Numbered from the stretch's first letter, positions 1 to 13,574 are shown. The stretch is DNA of 64,000 nucleotides from Camelus ferus (GCF_009834535.1 NC_045696.1:13394001-13458000); one strand, 5' to 3'. Notes: generated from the sequence alone by a model not told the origin. Numbers and translations: made by a program.

Positions 1-83
1 GATCCTTTAACACAACGAGCGCAACAACTGTGCCTTAACCATTTGTAAGTGCCTCACATAGAACCTGGTAGCTGGTAGGTGTT

Positions 84-498
84 TGTTATGAGTTGCATTG
101 AATTGTGTCTCCAACAAAAAGACATGTTGAAGTTCTAATCCCCCAGTACCTAAAAATGTGCCCTGACTGGGAAAGAGGGTCTTTACAGAGGTAATCAAGT
201 TAAAATGAGGTTTTTATGGTGGACCCTAATCCAACATGATTGATGTCCTTACAGAAAGAGAAAATTTGGACACAGAGAAAGACACGTATAGAGGAAACAT
301 GATATAAAGACGTGGGGAGAATGCCATCAACAAGGTGAGGAACAGCTGAGAAGCAGGGAACAGATCCCTTCTCAGAATTCTCAGAAGGAATCAACCCTAC
401 CAGCATCCTGATTTAAGCTTCTAGCCTCCAGAACTGTGAGATATTACATTTCTGTTATTTGTGATACTTTGTGACAGCAGCCCTGGGAAACTAATACA
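84..498 (+). mobile_element. MaLR solo LTR (MLT1B/C-like)
   Basis: Starts TGTTATG..TTGAATTGTGTC, has GGGTCTTTACAGAGGTAATCAAGTTAAAATGAGG and CTAGCCTCCAGAACTGTGAGA, and ends GCAGCCCTGGGAAACTAATACA, as in MLT1 consensus. Confidence 0.9.
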
Positions 499-2623
499 GA
501 ACTCAACAGATATTTGAATTAATTTGCGTGGATAGGTGAATGGCTAAGACCTAAGTAAATTTTGTTTCTGTAGTGGTTCATTTTACGTATATTTTACAAT
601 CCAGGTAAATTCCCACAAGTTCCGTGGTCCTCCTCTGACCACTGAGATTCAAGGAGAACTCTTCTATCAGTCAATACATAGTCCTTTTTATTTCACTTAA
701 TATGAATACTGCTTTGTGACTTTTCTTGAATGGCTGGAAATCTCACCTTTTAAAATGTAAGCTCCAAGTGTATAGGCGAGTCTTTGTCCTAAATTGGAAA
801 CAAGCAGTGTCACCCACAGCTCCATCTAGGGTACTTGCTAAATGCCCTGAATGTTAAAAAAAAAATGCCCAAATCTGCTCCTCAATTAGTGTCCATGTCT
901 GGGTATGAGACTCTGCTCTCTTCCCTGTGTAACATTTCCAACATCCATATGACAAAGTGAGAGGTCTCCAGAGATGCTGATGGCTCTAGCAATGACCCTC
1001 GTCAGCACTTGTGTTACTGGGACACATAACTATTTTATATATATATATACACACACACATATATATGCACGTGTAGCCATCACTGAATCCAGGCAGACAG
1101 CTGACCACAGGGGCAGCTGGCCAGCAGAGAAACATGTTCATTTACATACTGACCCATAACTTACAGCAGAATTTTTTTTAAACATATGACTCAGATATAT
1201 GCAGTTCATTGCTGTTGTGCTAACAGATTAGTATCTTCATCACTACCTCTCGTCCCAACTTGTCTCAGGTAGAACATCTAACAGAAGTATTTTACTTCAG
1301 TATTTATTCATGGTTTGTGTAAACATCTTTGAAACAATCATCTCAAAATTCTTTCATGAGAAATTCATGAAGGCAAAATACTTACATGCCTAAGTCCTAG
1401 GTAGTCACTGATGCAAAACTGAATAATTAGGACCACTTTATTCCAGCATGAAACAGAAAACAGAGTTATTTTCCTTTTAATAAGACTTCTAAATTGGGAA
1501 GTGGGATGGGTCAGGAGGGAATTTCTGACACCAAATCATTAAAAATGATTTAATGAATATGGATGTATTTGAAAATTTTAATTAAACATGGTTTCATATT
1601 ATAATTTGTTCTGGTATTTTATTAACATATTTCCACGTTTAACCATCAAAATATGCATACAATCACGCTAACAGTTTTTAATCATTTGAGAGTCACTCTA
1701 GTAACGTGTTTAAATTTTTAAAATGCCAAAATTTTCTTTTATTTGAATTAGTATAGCTTCTGTAAAGTGTTTAAAGAACCCAAAGCTCATACTGTGTTAT
1801 TCCTTCAAAAGACACTCATTTCGTTTTCTCTCAGAGAATTTCATACAAATATTTGGCAGAATAGGGATTCATATATTCAGAGTGTAAGATATGAAATAGC
1901 AGCTTTATACGGAAACATGAGTCTATTAAGGGGCTAATTATATTTAGTCCTATTTTCATTTGATGGCAATTGACTTTTGTTGTAAGATCAGCAGGGTGAG
2001 TGGCCATCATACTGGTGTATTTAGGACTGGCCATGGTCTTGGTTAAAGCAGAGGTCATACTGCTTAGAGAAGTGTAATTATTGAGCTTTGATTTTTTTTT
2101 TCCTCCTATAACAAATGAACTCCAGTATTCATGGAAAAGTTGTTCATACACCTGAAGTCACATTGATGTGAGAATGCCGACCTGCTCAGCTATACAACCC
2201 AAATTAGTAGGGGCTGGAGCTCATTGAGCAAATGACATCCCCTTGGGGAGAATCACACCAAGTGACATCAACCAGGAAGCACCTTTTGGCCCTACCAATA
2301 GTTACAATATCAAAATACTTCTACACTATTAGGTAAATAGCTGCTGCCTTTAGCGCCTGGGAGCACCTTCTCCCCAGCCTCCATCGCTATTCCAGTCCCG
2401 CAGATCCCTCCTGGGAAACCACCTATACTCCTTGAGTTCTAGAAAGTTAAATACTTGACGTGGGTAGACTCCTGCTTCAGCTCGGGGACAGATAGATCCA
2501 TCCTTATTAGTTTATGCCAAGCCTCCCAGGTGTTAAATATTTTGATTATCACTCCTGGAGTCATAGTATCAGCTTGCTAGCTTGTTAGTTGAGACTCACC
2601 TATTTTCAAAGGGCCAGGGTGTC

Positions 2624-2626
<3 letters not shown>

Positions 2627-2658
<32 letters not shown>
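2627..2658. repeat. (TG)16 microsatellite
   Basis: Read directly from the sequence. Confidence 0.98.
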
Positions 2659-2661
<3 letters not shown>

Positions 2662-4513
2662 TTTAAGTCATTTTGGAAGATCTGTTTCTTTTCACAGGAA
2701 TATTTATTTCACTCCATTGACTCTTTCTAAATGGGAATGTTTAAATACTCTGTTTTGGTTTTTTTTTAATTGAAATGTTATGTCTTGGTCTGTAAGGTAA
2801 GAAAATCAATCTAATAAAATTTTGTTCATTACTGAAAAAGGACTCAAGTCATAGTTTAAAAGCACTTGCTGCCCTTTTATATTTAAATTATAAAAAATAT
2901 TTTGATTAAAACTAGTTTTTGAAAGTATATGATTGGTCTGTAACAGCATCAACACTCTTAGGAATGAATCTCTCTTGCCACCATCTTGGAGCTTAATTAT
3001 AGATTTCCAACAAACTGGTGTATATAACTTTCTACATACTATTTCAACAGAGCCAAGATTCAAAGGTGAAGTGTTTCAAAGTACAAGGACACAGTCTTCC
3101 ATGTAACCAAGGACAAAACTTTATCCCTCCTATGTTTTTGGAGAGGAACATGATTAACTACCTGTCATTTCCCTTCTTCTTTTTTTTTTTTTTTTTTGAG
3201 TAAAAAAACTAACTGCAGGCATAAAATTTTCCCTATTAAGAAAGGGCACTGGTTAAAACCAGGTTGTAAATTCACATATTTTAAGCCCAAGGAAGAGATC
3301 CTTCAAAGGTTCAAGTACTAAAAGTGTGCAAAGAGCCACAAACAAATTAAGCAGAAGAAGCTCGCACAGTAGGTGGGCCCATTTACTTCGCCACTGTAGA
3401 GTTGTGTTGGCACTGTTAATTACATGTATTGTAAACATTATGCTCCAGGTTTTTTAAAATTTATATGGGTTTTGCAACTATATATTTGATATATTCTTCT
3501 GTGTCACAGTTTATGTCCTAGATTTAAATTTCCTAGAAACCAATCACTGTATTCCTTGCTCTTTTGTTTAAACCTATATTTCTTCATTTAGGAATACAGG
3601 GTAAATGAACAGACATTGTTAAGGATGACAGTGGTAACAATGTTGTGAAAGAGGAGGCTGAAAAAGATAGATAAGTATAGAACATATCAAGTATAGATGG
3701 AACATGTAGTTAAATTCCTCATTAGGAAGTCTGGGGAACCAATGCTTTATAACCTGTTACAAAAATATGTGTTTGTATCAGTTACATTAAGACAAAGCAA
3801 CAAGGAACAAGGCTCTTGTTTGCTCTGTATCAGTACAAGTTCTGCTTTTGAACATTCTGCATGCAAAAGAATTGGCAAAAGATAAATGCACAGGACACAG
3901 AGTGTCCTGATTCTTCTAGGTTCCAACTCATTTTGGCATAGGGCAATGTATGCTGGAATTACTTCAAAATGAGCACTGGCAAATGTTCATATGAAAGGGC
4001 TGGCCTTTCTTCCCCTGTGCGAGGTAATTAGCGTCACCTTTGGTATTCTCATGGTTTCTTCCTTGTCTATTGTAGCTGTGCAATTCTTTTTGATACATGG
4101 CCACCTGTCTTTTCGCCAAGGTAGAGTCATGAATGTTTCCTTCCACCTCTTCATCACACCCTACTAAGAGCGCACACTACTTCATCAAACCTAGGCAGTG
4201 ACTAGATAATCACACTGAGGTTCCTATATATCTCTGTAAGTCAGAGCCAGTGCTTTCCAACCTCTTACACACCTCAGCTCATCCAGAAAGTGATAAAAAA
4301 TGTGTATATCACACACTGGGACCTAAGGTGGGGGGGACTGTGGGTGGGAGTCAGTATCCCAGAACATTTGTAATGTATTCAGGGGGCATGCATGCATCTG
4401 GTGGGGAATTCTGTCATGAACTAAGGCACTTTGGACTGCCTCCCTTCAGCCTGAAATAATAGCAAAGCAACAGACCTTCTCAGGTCTTGTCCATCCTTTT
4501 TTTCCATCTGAAC

Positions 4514-4650
4514 AGTCATTCATTCATTATATCTAATTTGTATTGTTAGGCTATATATAGCTAGATTCTACCTCTCTACACTAGATGATGCAGAAATGAT
4601 GATACAAAAATAAAGATGCCACATTTTCTGCTACTCAGTGGATTTATATA
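4514..4650 (-). mobile_element. L2 3' end fragment
   Basis: TCATTCATTCATT tail (reverse of the L2 TGAA tail) followed by degenerate L2 3' UTR. Confidence 0.55.
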
Positions 4651-5035
4651 TTTCTCAAGATAAACTCTACCCCAGGACATTTTCCCCCCTCTGCTTTCCC
4701 CTCTAACTCTCTCTGTCTTCTCGGTGAATTATCCCATCCTTATACCCAGTGGTTTCTTGGTTTATCAGCAGTTTTCCTGGTTTTCTAAACAGTCAGCCTG
4801 CTTTTCTTTTCCTAAATATATTATCAATACAACCTGAAAATATTACCCAACATCTTAAGCAAATCAAACTCTGTTAGGAAAATAGAACTTAATAAATTCT
4901 AGATACAGATTTGTTCTAAGGAGATAATCACAATTGAAACAGAAATTAAGGAAACTGGACATCTATTGAATGTCAATGTATAGAACCACGTGCTGTTTCT
5001 TGACCTCCTTATTTTCCAAAGCTGGAACCCTTGGT

Positions 5036-5210
5036 CAGGGCTGCCTTCGTGGGTGTGAGGCCATGCAGCCACACTGGGTCCCATGCTTAGAAGGACCTCA
5101 TACTTGGTATCATGCTCTACTATTGCCACCTTGAATATCTCAATCATTTCTGGACAGTGGGCCCACAGTCTTACTATGCACTGGCCTGTGACTTTATGAA
5201 GCAGGTGCTG
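5036..5210. mobile_element. MER91A-like hAT-Tip100 MITE
   Basis: CAGGGCTGCCTTCGTGGGTGTG...CTTAGAAGGACC...TGCACTGGCC...TTATGAAGCAGGTGCTG; CAG...CTG termini. Confidence 0.8.
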
Positions 5211-6654
5211 CCCTGAAAATATTATACTGTGGTTATTTCTTTCTTTGTCTTTGCTGCTAAACAGTCCGTTGAAACCTGTAGTTGCTTTGACAATGGGCAG
5301 CCTTAAACGATGGAGGAACTGAGGAGTCTGGAAATCTGTGATGGCCGTGCTGAGGACGTGCAGCCCCACTGAGAGGTCCCTCTTCCTGCCTTCTCTTTTC
5401 AGCCATCAACTAGTTCAGCCACTCAGCTGAGGTGTTAAGAATAGCAGTCAGTCTGCTTATCAGGGGCTGCCTTCTGTTGCTCCTGGCAAGGTCCAAGGAG
5501 ACGCTCACCTTTGGTGATATTTCTTTGCCAGCCCTCATCCCTTGAACTTTCCTTCTTCCAAATCATAACAGAGGCAAAAAAAAAAAAAAAAATACAGGAG
5601 AAGAGAGAAGGCCAGATCTCCTGCCCCTCCGCTCTGCAGTGAGCTCTGTCCAGCTGTGTGGCATTTAATTCCCAAATAGGTCCCAAGTTTACTCCTGTTA
5701 CCATGGTGATGAGTTGCTCTCTACAAAGTCATTTTTTACCTTTCCCTTTCTTCAGCAGGAAATTTGCATTTTATAACTTTCCCTTTAAAGCCTGTTTTTC
5801 TTAGCATCCCAGCTTCACTTCTTTCACTGGATGAACAGACTTCCTTTTTACATGATTTAACTTTTTTTTCTTTACTCTATCACATACCTTTATAAGAAAC
5901 TGTACCTTAAATCTCACCATAGTGTGGTTGAATATTTGGACTGTGTAAGACGAGTATTAATGTAGTTTATATCAACAAAATACTGCTCACGTACTTGTAC
6001 TTGGCATATAATTTGACTTGCTTTAAAGTTAAGATGTGCAATGAAGAGATTACTAGGATAAAATGTTCAAGAGAGGGGATAGTTCTAAAATTTGATTATG
6101 GGGTTGAAATCTAAACCTACACAACCATGTATCACCCCAATTAAAATGAGAGAAAAAAATCCTGGAGAGATAAGAACCACATTTATTTCCTAGTGTAGAA
6201 CAGGATAGATGGTATTTTATAAACAGTGATTAAAAAGTAGACTATACTTAATCTTTTAACTTCCTGTTGATAAAAACAGATGAACCAGAAGTTTAGAAGA
6301 GGTTGTCATAGGTGGTCTAAACAAGAAAATTTGGCCTTTTCAATGAAATTGACTTTTTAGTGGAGGTGGTTGGAGTTCACTTTAACCTGTAATCATTGGC
6401 CAAGGATCTTAGGTGAACATCAATTCAAGATTCACTGTTTCAATACATTTTAATTGAATAGTTACTTAGCTGAGTTATTATGCTCCAACTTTGCTTAACT
6501 GATCAAATCCAGTCCCAACCCTGGTAACCTTTGTCTACTGAGGATGTCAGACAATAAAAGAAGACGACAAAGGGATCCCGTGTCAAGACAGGAAATAAGG
6601 TCTGGACCTAAATTAGCCTAAGGAAGAAGAGCTCATCCCTGACTGTACGTTAGA

Positions 6655-6790
6655 CTCTTGTTAGAAAACTTAAAAACAAAAACCAAGAAAATGATCCAAT
6701 TCTCAGTCTCCATCCTATACCAAGTAAATTAAAATCTTTGGAGTTCAGCTTGAGACAACAGTGCTTTCACAAGCTCCCCAGGTGATTGTC
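6655..6790. mobile_element. MER5-family hAT-Charlie fragment
   Basis: CTTGTTAGAAA...AATTCTCAG...ACAAGCTCCCCAGGTGATT, degenerate MER5 core. Confidence 0.55.
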
Positions 6791-6796
6791 CCAAGT

Positions 6797-6983
6797 CAGG
6801 GTTCCCCGAACTTCAACAAGCACCAGAATCACCTGGAGCACTTTTTAACCACACATTGTTGAGTCCCAGCCCCAGAGATTCTGATTCAGTAGGTCTTGGG
6901 TGCAGCACTAGAAGTTACATCTTTACCAAGTTCCCAGGTGTCACTGAGGCTAACAGCTAGGGACCACATTTTCAGAACCAGTG
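6797..6983. mobile_element. MER5A hAT-Charlie MITE, near full length
   Basis: CAGAATCACCTGGAG...CCCCAGAGATTCTGATTCAGTAGGTCT...AAGTTCCCAGGTG...GGGACCACATTTTCAGAACCAGTG. Confidence 0.9.
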
Positions 6984-7059
6984 TTATTACAATCACCAGG
7001 AAGATTTCCCAAGGCTAGAAGGATGTGTGAACAAAGAGAGAGCAGGTCATTGGGAGGAT

Positions 7060-7470
7060 CTGGGACCATGAAGAATGACTTGTGAAAAGATCCAGGTCAA
7101 GAAGGAGCAGCTGAGAAATTGAAAAAAGACCTATTATGCTTGGAGTACAGAGAGTGATGTGAGGAGTGTTTATGGCTACAGCTGAAATGGCAATCAGGGA
7201 TCAGATCTTGAGTGACATTGTAAGCCATATTAAAGAGTTTGCATCTCATCCTCCAGCCAATGGTAATTGACTGAATGTCTTCAAATAGGGAGATGACTCA
7301 ATCTGATCCCTAATCCTCAGTTTGGAAGGTTGATGCAGGTAACAGAGTCAGACTACAGTCAGGCTGTTGCAGTAATGCCAGTGGCAGAGCAGATGGAAGG
7401 AGGTAAGAGAGATCCAAGAACGCATCCATAAAGCACTAAGACTAGTTGAGTAGTGTGGGTGACAGGAAGG
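7060..7470 (-). mobile_element. L2 fragment
   Basis: CAGATCTTGAGTGACATTGTAAGCCATATTAAAGAGTTTG and downstream purine-rich antisense L2 motifs. Confidence 0.7.
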
Positions 7471-7569
7471 GAGAAGCCAAGGTTGACTCCCACTGTGGGC
7501 TTGGAGAGCTCGGCAGAGCATAAGGCCACTTACCACGATGTGGAACAAAGAAATTGGGTCAGTGATACA

Positions 7570-7720
7570 CACTGTGAATGAACTTCAGGAGATCTAATTG
7601 TCTTGCTTCAGGTTCCCTTTTTGTAAAAGAGCAATACACATCTAAGTCAAAGGGTCATTGTGAGGATTAAAGGAGGCCATGGGCGTAATACTCAACATTC
7701 ACCCTTGCGTGTAAGTTCTC
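7570..7720 (+). mobile_element. MIR SINE fragment
   Basis: TTTGTAAAAGAG..AATAC..GGGTCATTGTGAGGATTAAAGGAG, MIR core. Confidence 0.65.
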
Positions 7721-9075
7721 CTACTTCCTGCTTCCTCAGCTTAATATCTATTCTCTGTGTCAGCTGAGGAAATGCCAAGATCCCCAAGCACATAACTGAT
7801 CTACGATAGTGTTATTCCCCCTTCTTCCACATCCAAAATGTATATGCTTTTAATCCTAGTAAGGTGACAGAAAGCCAAGGTGGTTTTCTCTTGCTATGCT
7901 GGAATCAAAACATAGGATGAGAAATTCTTTATTTTCTCATTTTGCCAAGGTTTGCAAAATGAAATTTAAAAAATTAAAAGTGAGTTTCAGGAAATATTTG
8001 AAGCAACACTCAAGTCCAGTTCTGTGAAGTGACTCTGTTTCATAACAGCAGTTTATTGTTTTGTGCATGTATTGGGGCCCTTTTATGAAAGATATTTGAT
8101 GGACAAGACTGGTGTCTGCTTCATATGCTGATGCTTGTCAGGACTGCTCTGTGTGTGTTTAAGCTTCAGAGGAAATTATTTGAGGTAAGATAGAACAAAT
8201 CCATCCAATAATCAACAGTGTTTTAGTAGGGTTTTACACTACACATGCCCTATCAACAATTCAATCTGGTGACCATGGCTCTGTTTTGTTCTGTTCCCTA
8301 CCCTAAATGGGTAACCACAATTGAACTCCACGTTTTCCGGCTAGTTGCTTTGGGGTGAACGGGTGGTTTTGAAATAAATATGGCCTCCCAGGGAGAAATC
8401 CTTAGAGTCTCAACTTCAGTGAAAACTTGCTGGCTTGACTACTTCTGAGGAAGCTGGACATGGGATTTGTGACCTGCTCCTCTGACACTTTTATTTCTTA
8501 TATAATTAAGCCAGAAGTCTTTTCAGAGAAAAGCAAATTATAATAATTCAAAATGATTTGGAAAAATGTGTTAAAGTCCACTTCCTTGAAATATTCCACT
8601 TGGAAATATGAGATAATACACCCAGGAAAATAAGCCTTCCTATTTGGTCTGAGAACATGGTGACCTCACAGATTCATCTTACTGAACACAAGGCAAGCTC
8701 AGTTTAGGATGAGTCCCCGAAAAGAAGCAGAAATATTCTACTTTCCTAATTCATTGAGAATTACTCTTACAAAGATGACATATTTGCTTTCAACCCCCAA
8801 AGCAACAGCCATTTTTAGACTTTATTTATCCTCAGAAAAATATGTCAAATTTCCTTGACTCCACATGAAATGCATGTGATAAATCAGACAGAAAAACTAT
8901 TTCCTCATTTGCCATGAATAAAATATTGTTGGAGAAAGAGAGAAACTGAGAGAGAGAGAGAGAAACAGTGTGTGCATGTTTTGGGGGCGTGTGTGTGTTA
9001 GGAAGCTTGTGATCTTTAGTTATATGAAGTTTATTTCTATTACAGTTAGACAACAGTTGTATAATTTGACCTTCC

Positions 9076-9079
<4 letters not shown>

Positions 9080-9115
<36 letters not shown>

Positions 9116-9147
9116 GAGGGGGGGGGAGAGAGAGAGAGAGAGAGAGA
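9080..9147. repeat. Compound microsatellite (TG)16 / G-run / (GA)11
   Basis: Read directly from the sequence. Confidence 0.97.
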
Positions 9148-9629
9148 TCTGACTAAAGTGAGGACAGTAATTGTTCCATCTGGACGTAAGCATCTTTAAC
9201 AGTCAGAAAAAGTGAACTTCAGGTTGATTCAAGAGCTGTGCAAGAAATTCTACAAGGGAAGACTTGATGGCCATAAATAAAGCGTGCAACATGAGCCCAA
9301 ATGCGTGTTCTCTACTCAATATCTTTTCTCTCAAACAACTTAGAGGCTCAGTGGCTGAGCCAAACCAACTGGACTCTGAAAGTGTCACTGATCTGCCATG
9401 TGTTGAATTCCTTTTAAAAGACGTGACCTCATACAAAGCTACATCTGTGTAGGAGTAACTTTTGCTGCAGGTCTCTAACTGACAAAGTGTAAGTACTCTA
9501 GTTGATGAAGGTTTATTACTTACATGGCTGTGACCTGCACAAGGCCAGTGCAAAGAGGGAAAACAGCCCATGCCTGGATTTTCTCCTTGGAGCGCTAAAT
9601 GCCAAGAAATAACTGAATTTGAACTTTGT

Positions 9630-9720
9630 GGTCCCGATTAAGTTATCTAAATTCTTTGACCTCAAATTTACTCATCTGTAAAACTGGGCTAATCGTAGCT
9701 ATTTTATAAGTAGGTACTAC
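9630..9720 (+). mobile_element. MIR SINE fragment
   Basis: AAGTTATCTAAATTCTTTGACCTCAAATTTACTCATCTGTAAAACTGGGCTAAT. Confidence 0.65.
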
Positions 9721-10499
9721 CTTTAGCTAGGAAGAGGAATACTAGCTAGAATCTGTTTACTTTGAAATTAGTAGATGTTAGTTGGAATTTCCTGAAACTT
9801 ACTTGTGGGGAAAACCACTTTTTTAGCAACATCACTCTTTTCAGCCATGTCCATGAGATTAAGAGAGACCTCCAGGATTTATATATTTTGGATTTACATT
9901 AAATATACCCATCTTGCACATGCTTATCTGTTATTTTATAGCAACATGATTGGCATATTTACAAACATGGTGACAGACAACTTCAGGGCATTAGACATTT
10001 CAGGAAAGGACACACATTCTGAAAAGAAAGTGGGTGATGTCACTTCGATTGTTCAGTGCTGTCAGATGTCCCAGAGGTTGCCCAAGGCTTCACTTCACTT
10101 TGTGAGGGATACATCTGCCTGAAAGAGTAGAGACTTTCCTAGGATGCCCTGCCTGCAAGAGTAGAAACAGAAGCAGTTCAATTGAAGCAGGCAGGAGAAC
10201 AAGCAGCTTCGGGGGAATTGGGGCAAGCATCCCTTGTGGGCTCAGCGTCACTCTGTTGCTTGGTTTCAAGCCAGGGAACTTGTTTCTGATATTGTTTTTA
10301 ATTACAGAAGAAGCATCTTATGGATTTCCTATCCGTCTTAATAGCTCATTTCAATATTTTGTAACTAAATCACTCTTGCTTCTGTCACATCTGCCTTACA
10401 TTTGACACATTGGAGGGTGAGGGGAAAATGATTAGAGACAATGTTTATATGAAAGTAATGTCAGGGGATCTGCTATGCCTGGATTCATTATTTCTTCCC

Positions 10500-12850
10500 A
10501 CACCTGAAATTATGCCATCTCCTCACTTCAAATTATAAATATAACATGTCCTCATCTGGAATAGCTAAGTATACAGAAGGAGTACTGAAGAAAAAAGGAA
10601 AAAAAGCATCTAAAATCTCACTCCCAGGGGTGATACTGATGAATATTTTTGGTGACCATTGTTTCAGACATCTCTTTGTACCCGTATGCACACACACACA
10701 TCTGTATACACATATATGCCCATATGTAAATATGCAAATTTATGTATAAATGGGATCGTATTATATATGCTTCTTTGCAACATGATCCTTTCTTTTTTCC
10801 TTCCTTTCTTCTCTCCTGCCTTCTTCCCTCTCACCCTTTGTAAATTGCTTCCTCTCTTCCCTCCTACCTTTCCTCCTTTTCTATCTTTTATTTTTCTGTT
10901 CAGGAATAGAAAGTTGAATTAACTATATACATCAATCCATTATTATTGTAGTCTACGCTATATCCCTCTTCATAGGTTGATGTATGTTTGTTTATGCCAT
11001 TTTGTCCCTGTTCCCCACTCTCATGACTGTCTTCCTCATCCAGAGCTGACCATTCAATGGGTTTAATGCACGTCTTTTTGTTTGTATCTGGAATATGTCT
11101 ATAGTTGTTACATTTGCATGCACTTTTAATTTACATGAATGTTATTGTTTTGTTTTGCAGATACTCTTGTTTCTTTTCTTTCTTTTTTTTTTTTTGCTCA
11201 AAACTATCTTTGCTGTTACGTGTACACCTAATCCATTGCTTCTAACTGCTGCCTGTTGGGTCATGCATTGCATCCTCTATTCATTCCTCTGGGATGGGCA
11301 TTTGGTTATCCCCTATACAAAGCTGCAGCAAATGCTTTGTTAGATGCTTCCTTATGGGTTTGTGAGAAAACTTCTTTGAGGAGTAGAATTGCTGAGTCAT
11401 GGAGAGAGTTTACACTTAATTTGACTAAATGTGCCAAATTTCACTCGGTCACAACTAGTGATTTTAATGTTAATGGAAACTCTGGTTTTATTGCACAGAA
11501 TCTAGATTTCTCAGAAGGACAAGAGATGGTCAATGAACTGAGATGAGCATCAACTCTCTGTTATCCCCTTAGGATGATGGGCAAGTTTCTCTGCCTGGCT
11601 CAGTGTATGCTTGTTCTAGGGTGGGAGACAAAAGCTTAGGTTATCCATTTAACATATTTGAAGATTTGAATTAATATTTCTGACAAAATGGACAAAGGCT
11701 TCCCATGGGTGAGGTCACAGATTTGAAACTGTTGTTTTCTCTCAAAGAAAATGGGTACCTTTCTCAGTTAATAAATATGAGTAACTTGTTCCCTATTAAT
11801 GGCTCCAGAGAATTCCTTTGCATTTCCTTTTACTTTGCTTCATTTTATCAACCCTTTAGTGATACACATTGAGGATTAGTTTTTTTTTTAAACTCTTATA
11901 AACAATACTTCAGTGAATATCTTCACTCATATAAATTTTATGTACTGTTCATTTTTCTCCTTAGTGAAAGATCCTAGATATGAAATTGCTCCAGTAGAAG
12001 TCACACACATTTTACTTTTTGATATGCACTGTCAAATTTCTCTATCAAATGCTGTACATTTTTATACAGCCTCACATACAATGTATGAAAGTATCAAATT
12101 TCCTCCATTCTTGACAGTGCTGAATTTATCAACCCCTGGTAATCTGATATTAAGTTTTATAGTTATTCTTTGAGTAAAGATGAATATTTTAAATATATTT
12201 ATTTACCTTCTTTCTATAGTTTTTGCATCTTTAGCAAATATTTTTATTAGAATATTTGTATTATTATTATTTGAAAGATTTCCATGAGGGCAAAGGCTCT
12301 GCTAGCATCATTGACCTCAATTTCTTCTTTATTAATAATTAATAGCTTCTTGATAAACAATTTATTGAATAAACATTAATATTTTGTCTGTCATATTGTT
12401 GCAGTTTTTAATGTTTGGTTTTAAATTTTATTTTGTTTATTTTTGCTGCATATCTCATCTATCTATGTACATATATTTGGACATAATCAGTCTTTTTCCC
12501 TGTGATTTTTGACTGTCACATATTTTTAGTCCTCTTTATTCCCAAAAGTATAAGCATATTTGATGCCTATTTTACTAAAGTACTTTTGTGCTTTTATTTT
12601 TTAACATTAATTTTTTCTAATCCATGTGGAATGAACTTGGTGAGATTAATGGACGAGGGGTCTTGATTTTCATTTTTCCAACCAATTTTATTGACCAGTG
12701 TGTCTTTTACACATAATCTCATGTTTATCTTATACTAAATTCCTGTGCACACTTGGATCCATTTAAGACTTATCTAGTCACTCCCACTAATTTCTTACTT
12801 AGACTATCTTTCTTATAGTTTTAATTTTATTTATTCTTTTTGTGTATTAA
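10500..12850 (-). mobile_element. Cluster of old L1M(E-like) fragments, interrupted
   Basis: Antisense L1 motifs: AAATGGGATCGTATTATATATGC, GATGGGCATTTGGTTATC, GAGTAGAATTGCTGAGTCAT, GATCCTAGATATGAAATTGCT, TAATCCATGTGGAAT. Confidence 0.7.
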
Positions 12851-12974
12851 ATATGTTGTCATTTATTAACATCAGTCCTTGGTAAAACCATTTTAAAAAC
12901 TGTATTGCTAGTAACCAGATAATGCTAGTTACCAAATACAGTAGTCTTTAAGCTTCCCATCAATTCAATCTACA

Positions 12975-13063
12975 TTTAACTGTTCTGTGTTTTATTCCTA
13001 GGGTCTTGCACAGTACCTGGGACATAGTAGTTGTATAATATTTGTTAAATGTTTTTAGTGAAT
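12975..13063 (+). mobile_element. L2 3' end
   Basis: GCACAGTACCTGGGACATAGTAG..AATATTTGTTAAATG. Confidence 0.7.
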
Positions 13064-13109
13064 AAGTACTGTCTTTATTATTATTTATGTAGTCATTTAA
13101 TTGAAGTAC

Positions 13110-13557
13110 TGTCTTAATTATTACTTATTTAGTCATTTAATTGAAGTATAGTCAGTTACAATGTGTCAATTTCTGGTGTACAGCATAATATCCCAGTCAT
13201 ACACATACATACATATATTCATTTTCATATTCTTTTTTACTAAAGGTTATTACAAGATATTGACTATAGTTTCCTGTGCTATACAAAATAAATTTGGTTT
13301 TTTAATCTATTTTTATATATAGTGTTTAACCTTTGCAAATCTCAAACTTCCAAATTTATCCCTTTCCAGCCCTTTTCTCCTGGTAACCATATAATTGTTT
13401 ACCATGTCTGTGAGTCTGTTTCTGGTTTGTAGATGAGTTCATTAATGTTCTCTTTTTTTGTTTGTTTGTTTTTGTTTTTAGATTCCACATATGAGTGACA
13501 TCATATGGTAGTTTTCTTTCTCTTTCTGGCTTGCTTCACTTAGAATGACGACCTCTA
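13110..13557 (-). mobile_element. Young 5'-truncated L1 (camelid-type 3' end)
   Basis: TTGAAGTATAGTCAGTTACAATGTGTCAATTTCTGGTGTACAGC...GGTAACCAT...TTAGATTCCACATATGAGTG...TCTGGCTTGCTTCACTTAGAATG; reverse complement of the L1 at 18.9-19.6 kb. Confidence 0.92.
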
Positions 13558-13574
13558 GAACCTGGAGGTCATAA

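Noticed and set aside
4899..5369. Longest ORF (156 aa, - strand)
   Set aside because: It runs through a MER91-like MITE, has a non-ATG start and shows no recognisable domain.
13064..13150. CRISPR-like array
   Set aside because: Two abutting units with no spacers, in a mammalian context with no cas genes.
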